Shown here piece by piece: positions 1 through 10,250 of a stretch of 64,000 bases of DNA (the stretch's first letter is position 1; every line of letters begins with the position of its first letter). The translations under genes and the position numbers were made by a program. The notes beneath the pieces were generated by a model that saw only the letters and a list, made by a program, of their open reading frames with translations, made no database searches and was not told the DNA's origin. The stretch covers positions 620,001 to 684,000 of the forward strand of contig JBODTK010000001.1 of NCBI GenBank assembly GCA_050613775.1, written 5' to 3'. This stretch comes from Neocallimastix sp. 'constans' (lineage: Eukaryota).

Positions 1-2
1 AA

Positions 3-3000
3 AGCGGTTCCTTCTAAATCGGTAATACCATAATTCTTTTCAGCTTTCTTTAAACTTCTACTTATAAAGTGTATTGGATGCTCCTTACCGGTTTCTTCTT
101 CTTTTTGTAAAAGAACTCCACCAATTCCATTATACGAAGCATCAGTTCTAATGATAAAAGGTTTGTCAAATGACGGAAATTTTAGAATAGGTGCATTGAT
201 TAATTTTTCTTTTAGGAGTTCAAAGCTTTCTTGTTGTTCTTTATTCCATTCATATTTAGTATTCTTTTTCAATAATTTACATAAAGGTGAGGTAATTTGA
301 GCATATTTAGGAATAAAATCACGATAATATCCCACTGCTCCTAAAAATGATCTTAATTCATGAAGTGATGAAGGGGCTTCCCACTTCTTAATAGCTGTTA
401 TCTTACTTTCCATGGGACTTAATCCTTTAGTAGTAAGTTTGTGACCTAATACATCAACTTCAGTTTGAAGAAAATGGCACTTTTCAATATTAATTTTTAA
501 CTTGTTTTCTTTAAATACTTCTAATACTTGTTTAATATGAATTAAATGTTCTTCGATACTTTTTGAATAGATCAAAACATCATCAATAAATACATAAACA
601 AATTCACCAATAAAAGGGAATAAAATTTTATTCATTTCTCTTTGGAAGGTTGAGGGAGCTCCAGTAAGTCCAAAAGGCATAACCTTAAATTGATAATTTC
701 CAAACTTAGTAGTGAAAGTGGTTACTTCAACGCTTTCTTCATCCATTAAGATTTGGTGAAAACCAGAAAATAAATCAAGAGTTGTAAATATTTTAGATCC
801 TCCGAGACTATCAAAAATTTCATCTATATATGGAACTGAATAAGAATCTTTTTCTGTCATATCATTGACTTTTCGGTAGTCAATGCACAAGCGCCACTTT
901 CCATTGTGTTTTAGAATAAGTACTACTGGAGATGACCATTCTGAACAGGATGGTTCTATCAATCCTTTCTTAATAAGTTTTGTAAGTTCTTCTTTTAAGA
1001 TATCTGATTTTAATTTAGTTAACCTATAACTTCTTAATTTTACTGGCTTTGCATTTGCTTTTAAACGGATCTTATGTGGTGAAAGTTTAGAAGGAGTTAG
1101 TTCTTCTGTTGAAGTGGCAACTATGTCAATCATTTCTTTGAGAATTTTAATAATTTGTTCTTTATAATCTTTATTTAAGGTACTTAAAAATTCATCACTC
1201 TCAATAAATTCCATTGGAGTTAATTCCTTTATAATTTCCTTTTCATTATTCGTTTCTTTAACTTTTCTAATAGTGCAAATTATACTTTCTTCATCATAAT
1301 ATTGATTATTTATTTTAGCTATTTCTTCGTATTCACTTTCTGACAAAAGTTTACATAAACTGTTTAAGGTCGGATGAATAAATAAACAATGATCGATTTG
1401 AGTTTTAAAGTTTATTAACATATCATAAAAAGAGTCTTCTTTCTCAATAATTCTAAAGTCCGCATTAAATTCATAATTATTAATTTTTACTGGTAATCGA
1501 ACAATAATTCCTTCCGAGTATTCTTCATCTTGTGTTGCTAGTTGGATTCTTCCACGACTTTTTCCAACTGTTTCATATTCACCAGGTAATTTATCAAAAT
1601 ACTGCTTAGTAACGATGCTTAGGTTACTACAAGAATCAATTAAAAGTTTTCCTAGTACTCCGTCAACACTTGCATCAACCATTGCTAAGTCTTCTTCGGC
1701 TACTTCATTACTTTTACTTATGTAGCTATGATCATAGTTATTTACTAATAAAGTTCGTGCTATTACATTGTCTACAGTCCCAATTATTTTAGACTTTTCT
1801 AACTTTAAACCTTGAGTTAATTGTGAACGAATTTTCGGACATGCATTCAAGAGTTGACCTATCGTAATACTGGATTTAAGATTATTTAAATCATCCATAA
1901 TATTGTAAGGTTCTTTATTATTCATCATTTTAATATTCCTTTTTACTAACTGAGTATTTCCATTATTAGTTTCTTTAGTTTTTGTTGAAATTAATTTTTC
2001 CAAAGTATTAGTTTTATTTTGTTGATTATCTTTATTCATTTCTAGATCTTCTATTTCATTATCGATTACGAGTATATCTTCAGATTCAACTTTTTCCTTT
2101 CCTTTTGATGAATAATTGTTGTTTTCTTCTTTACTTTCTCTTACTCTTGTTATTTTTCTTAATTCCTTTTCTTTTTGTTTTTCTTTGTTAATATTTGGTT
2201 GAGTTAAAATTGAAGGAAGTATTTGATTTTTATAAACTTTATTTGGTTTATTATGCAGCTCATTTTCTTTCTTCTTTCTTAAAGCAGGAGTTGCAAAAGG
2301 ACGTGGATTATCTTTTAAACTTTTATGTACTTTCTTGGAATTATTTTCTTCTTTTTCGCTGTTATTATCATTCATTTTTCTTTTTACAGCATTTATAATG
2401 ATATCATCCTCACTTTCAGTTGTGTCACTAAAATCAGATTCTTCAGATTCTTCGTTAAAGGAATTATTATCAATTGGAGTATTCTTAGTAAAAGTATTAT
2501 TTTGTAAATTATTTAATGAAGCTATTGTTTTGTCATTGGGAGTGCTTCTGCTCCCATTTAGAAGTTTAAAGACTTTTTTGGAATATATTTCTTTTTTATT
2601 TTTTTCCATAATCTTATTTAATTGAGGGCAATAGTATGAGTAATGACCTTCTTCCTTACAGAAGAAGCAAGTTTTAACGGATAAATTTCTCATTTTCTGG
2701 GTTGATTCTTCTATAATATCTTGAGGTTTCGGTTTATTATTTGTTTGATTTGTTTGGAAAGTTTCGTTTCTTCTTTTAGGATAAAGTCTTGAAGTAGTAC
2801 TGTTTTGATTATTTTGATTATGTTGGGAATTATTAACATTATAGGTATTAATATTATTGTTCCTTACAGAAAGTCTATCTACTTTCTCGGCAATTTTGAA
2901 AGCTTTATCCATACTTATATCATCTTTAAGGGATAATTTCTTCCAGGCTTCATAATTATTTTGAATAGAATCAATATAATCTAGTACACCAATGCGCTTT

Positions 3001-3470
3001 CTTCTCTTTTTATCAAGTTTAGTGTACAAAGTTCTATATCTTACATTAAAGTCTTTAATCTTTTCGTTTCTTTTAATTCGCATTGCACGAAGTTCTTTAA
3101 GAAGTAAATTTTGGTCTTCTTTAATACCGTAAAAATTTTCAAGACTTGAAATAATTTTTTCAAGGGAAGGAAATTTAATATCATCATCAACATTTTCTTC
3201 TTCATCATCATCTTCTTCTTCATCTGATGAATCATCACTTTCATCATCACTATCTTCTCCCAAATCTTCAATAACGCGTTGTACTTCACCAGAGCTGGTA
3301 AGTAAACAAGCATTAAATATTGTTTCTGGATCTGTAATACCTTGTATCTTGATCCAAAGTTTTAATTCAGTAGCCCAGGACTTAATATCTAAATTGTCCT
3401 TGCTAAGTTTCACAATATCTCTTAATTCTTTTTTCAATTCTTTAAAGCTCAAAGTTGTTTCCTTGGACAT
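3..3470 (-). CDS. Gag-Pol polyprotein of A1, in-frame fusion, partial (runs off window start)
   Basis: ATG at 3470 (MSKETTL) is 1095 nt from the pol Met at 2375, so in frame. One extra base in the T-run at 2574-2579 relative to A2. CCHC, LIDSCS protease and FIDD RT motifs as in A2. Confidence 0.85.
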   Translation of the reverse strand, partial: MSKETTLSFKELKKELRDIVKLSKDNLDIKSWATELKLWIKIQGITDPETIFNACLLTSSGEVQRVIEDLGEDSDDESDDSSDEEEDDDEEENVDDDIKFPSLEKIISSLENFYGIKEDQNLLLKELRAMRIKRNEKIKDFNVRYRTLYTKLDKKRRKRIGVLDYIDSIQNNYEAWKKLSLKDDISMDKAFKIAEKVDRLSVRNNNINTYNVNNSQHNQNNQNSTTSRLYPKRRNETFQTNQTNNKPKPQDIIEESTQKMRNLSVKTCFFCKEEGHYSYYCPQLNKIMEKNKKEIYSKKVFKLLNGSRSTPNDKTIASLNNLQNNTFTKNTPIDNNSFNEESEESDFSDTTESEDDIIINAVKRKMNDNNSEKEENNSKKVHKSLKDNPRPFATPALRKKKENELHNKPNKVYKNQILPSILTQPNINKEKQKEKELRKITRVRESKEENNNYSSKGKEKVESEDILVIDNEIEDLEMNKDNQQNKTNTLEKLISTKTKETNNGNTQLVKRNIKMMNNKEPYNIMDDLNNLKSSITIGQLLNACPKIRSQLTQGLKLEKSKIIGTVDNVIARTLLVNNYDHSYISKSNEVAEEDLAMVDASVDGVLGKLLIDSCSNLSIVTKQYFDKLPGEYETVGKSRGRIQLATQDEEYSEGIIVRLPVKINNYEFNADFRIIEKEDSFYDMLINFKTQIDHCLFIHPTLNSLCKLLSESEYEEIAKINNQYYDEESIICTIRKVKETNNEKEIIKELTPMEFIESDEFLSTLNKDYKEQIIKILKEMIDIVATSTEELTPSKLSPHKIRLKANAKPVKLRSYRLTKLKSDILKEELTKLIKKGLIEPSCSEWSSPVVLILKHNGKWRLCIDYRKVNDMTEKDSYSVPYIDEIFDSLGGSKIFTTLDLFSGFHQILMDEESVEVTTFTTKFGNYQFKVMPFGLTGAPSTFQREMNKILFPFIGEFVYVFIDDVLIYSKSIEEHLIHIKQVLEVFKENKLKINIEKCHFLQTEVDVLGHKLTTKGLSPMESKITAIKKWEAPSSLHELRSFLGAVGYYRDFIPKYAQITSPLCKLLKKNTKYEWNKEQQESFELLKEKLINAPILKFPSFDKPFIIRTDASYNGIGGVLLQKEEETGKEHPIHFISRSLKKAEKNYGITDLEGTA

Positions 3471-3645
3471 TTTGTTTAAATATTTCTTGTTGTATATTAA
3501 TGAGGTGATTAAATAAGAATAAATTTGGAAATACAACTTTAAAAATATAATTTAATAGGTAATTTAATATCGAATCAATTTTTAAAACAATATATTTTAG
3601 TAACTTTTGAAAATAATAATTTTATTTGCTTTCTTTAGTAGATAT

Positions 3646-3834
3646 AAGCTCGAAATCCTTATCGACAACTTAGTAGAAATTATAAAGCACGAGGTTCTTT
3701 TCGACTACTTTATTAAGAATAATTTTTAAGTTCGAAATCTTTATCGACAACTCAATAGAATAATTTTAAGTTCGAAATCTTTATCGACAACTCAATAGAA
3801 TATTTTTCAAGCTCGAAACCTTTATCGACCACTT
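3646..3834 (-). repeat. Tandem ~40-bp hairpin array in A1 5' leader (5 units)
   Basis: Units AAG(C/T)TCGA-N8-TCGAC(A/C)ACTT near 3646, 3685, 3728, 3768 and 3809. Confidence 0.9.
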
Positions 3835-4004
3835 GAATTTTGTAATTTAGTATATTTGTAGTAATAAATTTAGAAGCAAAGTTTTATTTATTATTTTCAC
3901 CTTTCAAAAATTTTTCTTTTTAAACGATAAATATTGTATTGTTATAGCTAATAAAATTATTAATTAATTATAATTATTAAATACAAAAAAATAATCTTTA
4001 TTGT

Positions 4005-4165
4005 CGTACAATCTGATAGTACACACTGTCTGACGTGCAGCTTACCTAATGGTGTCATGCCACGCGTGTGCCACGATTACTATATTCAATATAAAATATA
4101 GCAGTTCAGAGCCTACTAGCCCAATTACTATGTAGGATAAACTTAATCCAATAATCTATGTACGG
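4005..4165 (-). ncRNA. Candidate structured cis-RNA element in gypsy leader (unidentified)
   Basis: Shares CAGCTTRCCTA, GGTNTC, AGAGC and TAAA(C)TTAATCC blocks plus hairpins with 14128-14361, 38941-39100 and 58842-59076. Confidence 0.6.
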
Positions 4166-4834
4166 AATAAAAAAAATTTTAAAAGTATTCAATAATATTT
4201 TTATTAACTAATAAAAATTAACTAAAAACACAATATTTTCAAGTAAATTAAGATTCTTTTACAGGAATTATTAAACAAATAAAGTATCAGTAATAAAAAA
4301 AAATAAAAAAAATTTAAATGGCGAAGTTAGCCAAAGTCTGATACTTTATATAATAAAGTGCCTTATAACTAGCACAAAGAAAAGTAAAAAAAAATATATA
4401 TAAAAAAAAACAATCTTACGCCTTCGGTGACGTAAGCTCCTTATTCGCCAGTGCTTGGAAAGTACCCGCACCTTCGTGTGTTGAAACGTTGAAGGCTGAA
4501 CTATTATTACCGGGTCGGTAACCAAATACCTTCGTCTACTTTCCAATTAATCTCCAAATTAACTACTATTCAATAACCTACTATGAATAGAGTTAATTTG
4601 TTGCTATCTGAGAATACACTGTGTATGAGCTCTATCCGCTCCTTGTTATAATTTTACAAAATTTGTTTTTTTAGAATCTTAATTTTACTTATTTAAAAAA
4701 AATTTTTTTTATATATATATATCAAACAAGCGCCATGGGTTAATCAAAGGATTAACGACTTACTTGTTTATCAATATAAAATAAAAAAAAAATTAAAAAA
4801 AAATCTATGTTATTTACTATTATTTCTATTTAAT

Positions 4835-4852
4835 TCCCCGATATCTCCACCA
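4835..4852 (-). promoter_or_regulatory. Primer-binding site, tRNA-Ala type
   Basis: Minus strand TGGTGGAGATATCGGGGA is complementary to a tRNA 3' end ...CCCGA TATCTCC A CCA; U70 and A73 are typical of tRNA-Ala. Confidence 0.85.
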
Positions 4853-4858
4853 TATAAA

Positions 4859-5161
4859 TGTTAAGGTTTTAGAGAATTAAATAAAAATAAAGTAAGGAAA
4901 CACAAATTTTATTTATTTATTTATTATTTTTATTTATAAATTTATTTGATTTTATTTGATGATATTTAAAAATTAGTAGCAAAATTTACAACTATTTATA
5001 CTTTTTTTTCAAGGCATAAAAGTTGTTCTTGCCACTAAATTACATTTTATTATTATTTTTCTTTTTATATATGAAACTATTAAATTTAAATTGATTTTTA
5101 TAATCAATTATATAAAATTTAATTATAACAATATAAATAAAATGCATTTATAATATTAATA

Positions 5162-5210
<49 letters not shown>

Positions 5211-5692
5211 CTATCTAAAATATTACTAATAAGAATTTATTTAATTGGCTAAAATTTTTATTACAATCTGTTAAAATATTCAAATAAAAATAAAAATACT
5301 ATTCTAATATAAAGGTTTTTAATAAAATAAAATATTTTTCAATATAAAATAAAACATTTCGATATAAAATTTTATAATAAAAAGTTAAAATATAATATAT
5401 AAATTTTTAATTATCAATATATAAAAATATTATTAATATAAATTTTCATTATTAATATAAAAAAAATAAGATTTATTATTAATATTGCTAATATAAGTTT
5501 TAAATATATAAAAATATTACTATTAATATAAGATTTAATATAAAAATATAAAGTTTAATATAATTTTTGATTTAATTTTTGATCTTTGGATTTAAAAATT
5601 TATTAAAGTACAAAAATAATAATGTACACATAATGTATTAGAAATAAATCGTAGATTTAATTAAGAATGCATTATTTAGTACATTCTTATCA
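4859..5692 (-). repeat. 5' LTR of A1
   Basis: TGTTAAG...CTTATCA termini; matches 32506-33337 and 39796-40627 apart from poly-T length. Confidence 0.97.
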
Positions 5693-5707
5693 ATTGAAGC
5701 AGCTGTA

Positions 5708-5789
5708 GTCACTTTGGCGGAGTGGTTAACGCGGTGGCCTGCTAAGCCATTTCCCTTTGGGAGCGCAGGTTCGAGTCCTGCAGGTGACG
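5708..5789 (+). tRNA. tRNA-Ser(GCT)
   Basis: Acceptor GTCACTT/AGGTGAC; anticodon arm GTGGC-CTGCTAA-GCCAT; long variable arm; GCAGG-TTCGAGT-CCTGC T arm; G discriminator. Confidence 0.97.
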
Positions 5790-5790
5790 A

Positions 5791-5800
5791 TTTCTTTTTT
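5791..5800 (+). terminator. Pol III oligo-T terminator
   Basis: TTTCTTTTTT directly after the tRNA. Confidence 0.8.
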
Positions 5801-5859
5801 ATCAGACCTTTAAATAAGGAATTATTATTTAACTTTTTAAATATATTAAATATTTTATG

Positions 5860-6232
5860 CTCCCTGAACGTATAGCGGACACTACACTAATCTATTTTAA
5901 AAGATGTTACTTCTTTGTTTTATTACTTTTTTTTTATTTGTTAGAAAAGGAAAATTTTCCGCATAGTACAACTTTGCCGACCCCAATGATGGAACCGAAG
6001 CTGTATGGTTTCTGAGGGGATCAGCAATTAGTATAATAATAAAATCTAAATTTTCAATTTTTAATGCAATCTTTATTTTTTATATAAATCAAAACTGTAG
6101 TTTTTTAAATCAATTTTTCATTCAAAAGAATTTTTTACACTATACTACTAACAATATTGTTTTTTTTTATTTTTTCTCTTATATTTCTAAAATTTTTCTA
6201 TACTATATATATATATATATATAGTATAGAAA

Positions 6233-6264
<32 letters not shown>

Positions 6265-8100
6265 TTTTTTATCTTTATATATATTACTTTATATCTCTAT
6301 ATAAATTTTTTACTTTAGGTTTTTTTAATTTTCATATCCTTTTAAAATATTTTCACTTAAAATAAATATATTATTTTACATTATATTTTATTGAATAAAT
6401 AATTTTTCCACTAATATTGTTTTTTTAATATATCTTAGGAAATTCAATTCATGTGAAACAATTAACTTTTATATTCAGTAAACTTAAATGTTAATATTTT
6501 ATATATAATTCTTTGGTATACAATCCTTTTAATCAATTCACTATAAATAGAAATTAAGTCAGTTTTGTTATCATCAAACTCTAAACATGGATGATCCTAG
6601 CTCAGTTAATACTACTCCCTTTCATTATGGTTTCTACTGCTTCGGTAATCATATGAACAATTATAGCCTTATCTTTATCCATGACCTTAATTCTTGGTCC
6701 CCTAGCAATCTAATGGCTCAAGTTATTAGTAAGATCCCTAACTACAATGAAATTATTCCATATGTTAAAAAACTTTTTTTCTCCAAGGTACGGCTCATAC
6801 TTCATTATTAGGGTTAATAAACACAAAAATGATCTCAAATTTTTCGATGTTTTAGATTTCTTAAGAGATAAAATTCCTGAAACAGCTAAAATTACCAGGA
6901 CCTTGCGTAATAAACTTAAACAAATGAACAAGTCAAGAAAATCTAATAACATTGATGTTGAACTTAATCCTATGGCGAAAGATTTTTTTCTCTAGCCATC
7001 TAAATTCAAATTCTTCTTTTTTTAATCTCTTTGTTAGTTGGAATATTAACGGTTGGAATACTGAAAAGCGTGATAGTATTTAATATCTCAACTCTACTTT
7101 CAAACCTATATATATCTGTTTACAAGAAACTGGAAAAAGTAAATTTCTTCCAAAAGATGTTTCATCACCATTAATTCCATATTACAACTCAGTCTTCCTT
7201 AGAGCTAATCTTAAAACCCCTTGGTATGAGAGTACTCTTTATTGGTATTCATTCTTCGTGCTCTTTCTTCCAAGAACCGTTTTTATACAAATATATCATT
7301 TCAGTTAATATTACTTCTTTCTGGAATCAAAAATGTACTATCGGTAATATCTACTTCCCTCAAAGCAAATGGAAGGAAGCAAGACTAGTTGCTTTTGATG
7401 AACTTTCTCAATGGCTTCGTTTTCATCAATAGAAAAAATGTTCCGGCTGTCCTAGTTGGTGATTTTAACATGTCATTAAAAGAAGATCAAAACATACATT
7501 TCAAATAATTTTCCTAATTGGTATATTGCTCCCTTATATGGTAATCAATTTATTTATGCCAAAAGGTACTAGATCCTCTACATGGAATATCAACGATCCC
7601 ATTACGATTGACGATATTAAAAAAACTATTTCATCTTTGAAAAACAACAAAGCACCCGGCCCCGATGGTATCCCGATTGAATTCTACAAAGCTCTGTTTT
7701 GCAATGAAGAATTACTAGAAACACATCCTGCCGCTGGAAAGTGTCTTAAATTGATTTTTAATAAAATATGGAATGGGTCTTTTCCTAAAAAATGGAACTC
7801 TGCTTCTATTGAATCAATCCCTGAGAATGGTGACCTATCAGATTGTAGTAATTATCGAGGTATTTCTCTCATTAATGTTGGACTGAAAATCATTTCAAAA
7901 ATTATAACAGATAGAATATCTTACTTACGCACTCTCACACATAATTTCATTAGACCTTGAACAATTTGGTTTCCGCAACCGTGAAGAATGCATTAGTTTA
8001 TTCATTTCTGTTAGAGAAATTTGCCAAAGAAGAAAATTTCAAGGAAAATTCACATATTTAGCCTTTTTAGATCTTAAAAAAGCTTTTGATTCAGTTCCTA
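5860..8100 (+). mobile_element. Degenerate non-LTR retrotransposon (LINE), internally deleted; 5' boundary approximate
   Basis: APE motifs SWNINGW, CLQETG, VGDFN (7030-7470); RT motifs KAPGPDGIP, NYRGISL, QFGFR, FLDLKKAFDSV (7640-8100); broken ORF1-like frames 6587-6995; stops and frameshifts. Confidence 0.88.
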
Positions 8101-8693
8101 TTTATATGATTTAACTTTAATTTATAAGAATTTATTACTATAATATTTTAGTTGCATATAATTTTAAGGATAAATTTTATAAAGTCTATTACTACGAATA
8201 ATTTAGATTTATTCTAAAACTAGACTAATTTATTGTGTTAATTATTGTTTAATATTACTATCGAATAACTAGGCTTATTCTAATGTTAAACTTAAAAAAA
8301 AAAAAAAATTTTACTTACCACCGGGACAACAAGAGGATTCTCCACCATTGATTTATACCTAATATTCTTAATCTACAAAAATTAAATTCTGTAGAAGTGA
8401 ATAAAAGTGTAAATACTAAAACAGAATAAAATAAGAAAAATTTAAGAAAATTTAAAGGTAAAATATGTTTTATTATTAAACATAAATTGTTTTATTAAAA
8501 AGATTGTTTTTATTTTAATATTAATCTTTATTTATTTAATTATTAATTTTATTTAAATTAATAATAGAAAAATGATTACTAAAAATAATAAAATAATAAA
8601 ATAAATTATTTATTATTTATAATAATTTATTTAAATTTTAAAAATATTGATTATTAAAAGAAACTAATAAATTATAATATTTATAATAATTTA

Positions 8694-9237
8694 TTGAACT
8701 TTTTAATAACATAATTTGATTATTAACAACTAATAAACTAATAAAATATATATAATAATTTATTGAAATTATTAATAATAAAAAATAATTTATAAGAAAT
8801 ATTTTACATGTTTTTGCATTTTTCAATAATTGAACTTTTTAATAACATAATTTGATTATTAACAACTAATAAACTAATAAAATATATATAATAATTTATT
8901 GAAATTATTAATAATAAAAAATAATTTATAAGAAATATTTTACATGTTTTTGCATTTTTCAATAATTGAACTTTTTAATAACATAATTTGATTATTAACA
9001 ACTAATAAACTAATAAAATATATATAATAATTTATTGAAATTATTAATAATAAAAAATAATTTATAAGAAATATTTTACATGTTTTTGCATTTTTCAATA
9101 ATTGAACTTTTTAATAATCATAATTTAATTATTAACAACTAATAAACTAATAAAATATATATAATAATTTATTGAAATTATTAATAATAAAGAATAATTT
9201 ATAAGAAATATTTACATGTTTTTATATTTTTCAATAA
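8694..9237. repeat. Tandem repeat, 136-bp unit, ~4 copies
   Basis: Unit TTGAACTTTTTAATAACAT... restarts near 8694, 8830, 8966 and 9102. Confidence 0.9.
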
Positions 9238-9669
9238 TTTTAAACTATTTACATCTATAAATAATAAAATAAATAAAATAAATAATTGTTATAAATATTT
9301 GCAAATAAAGTATTAAAATAAATAAGTTTTAATTATAATTTGTTTATAATTTCGTTATTTATCATCATGTAAGAAATAATAATTATTTACTAATAAATAA
9401 TTATTATTTCTTAGTCTATAATTATTGATAATAATTATAAATTTATTTAAATTATAACTAATTCATACATTGAAATATTATTATCAAATTTATTAATATT
9501 ATAATTATTCATACACTTAAGATTTAATTAAATAATTATTATTTATACACTTACTAATATTAATAATTTATTTAAATTATCCACATAATTATTAATTTAA
9601 TGTAAAATATTACTTATTAATTATTCTTTTAAATGTACAATGTAAAAAAATAAATAAAAGTAATATTTT

Positions 9670-10250
9670 ATGGTATTTCTGGAGAAAGATTTCCTATTTT
9701 CTTGTAGTATACCTCTTAGCCTAGGACATCTTCTTTGAATATGACCGGTTTCATCACAAAAGTAACAAGTTCGGTTTGACAAATTTCTCATTTTCTTAGT
9801 TAATTCTTCAATTTCTGAATTATTTATGGAAGATTTGAAGAGAGGAACTTTGTGTAGAAAGAAGTAGATGATCTGGGAACTGTATGTCTATTAGCAAATT
9901 CAAATTTATCCTTTACGATCTTCTTAAAACTTGGGTAGGAATCAGCAGAATTATTATCAGAAGATCCAGAATCATCTTCATCATCTTCATTATCTTCATC
10001 ATCTTCAACATCAGAATCCGTATTTCCCGAATGGGGTTCTTGGATTACCTCTCTAACTTCACCTCCTGATGTAAGCATACACGCAATATAAATCTTCTTT
10101 TTATCTTTAACATTTTCTAAATCAATCCATAGTTGTAACTCAGAAGCCCATGATTTTATGTCTAAACGTTCCTTGGATAATTTTTCAATGTCCTGTTAGT
10201 TCTTTCTTTAAGTCCTTAAAATTTATGGTTGATATCTCTCTGGTAGTTAA
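9670..10250 (-). pseudogene. gag remnant of a diverged family A relative (A3)
   Basis: LTSGGEVREVI, acidic tract and CYFCDETGHIQRRC knuckle resemble A gag; internal deletion and frameshifts. Confidence 0.85.

Larger units (their letters stand above)
1..5692 (-). mobile_element. Ty3/gypsy LTR retrotransposon, family A, copy A1 (3' part outside window)
   Basis: Near-identical to 34797-40627; 5' LTR, PBS, gag with CCHC, protease, RT and start of RNase H on the minus strand. Confidence 0.97.

Noticed and set aside
2195..2625. Short plus-strand ORFs (and equivalents at 36991-37406 and opposite other pol genes)
   Set aside because: Antisense shadows of retroelement coding sequence
4100..4150. Group I intron R element (GCAGTTCAGAG)
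   Set aside because: No P7 pairing or S element, and wobble pairs favour folding of the opposite strand
1..5692. Segmental duplication or assembly duplicate of 34797-40627
   Set aside because: Identity ends at the LTR edge, flanking tRNAs differ, and the copies differ by SNPs and indels
5981..6019. C/D box snoRNA
   Set aside because: Only ~40 nt with a self-paired interior and no room for a guide; kept only as a k-turn
8335..8350. PBS-like GGATTCTCCACCA
   Set aside because: No LTR boundary or coding region could be attached to it
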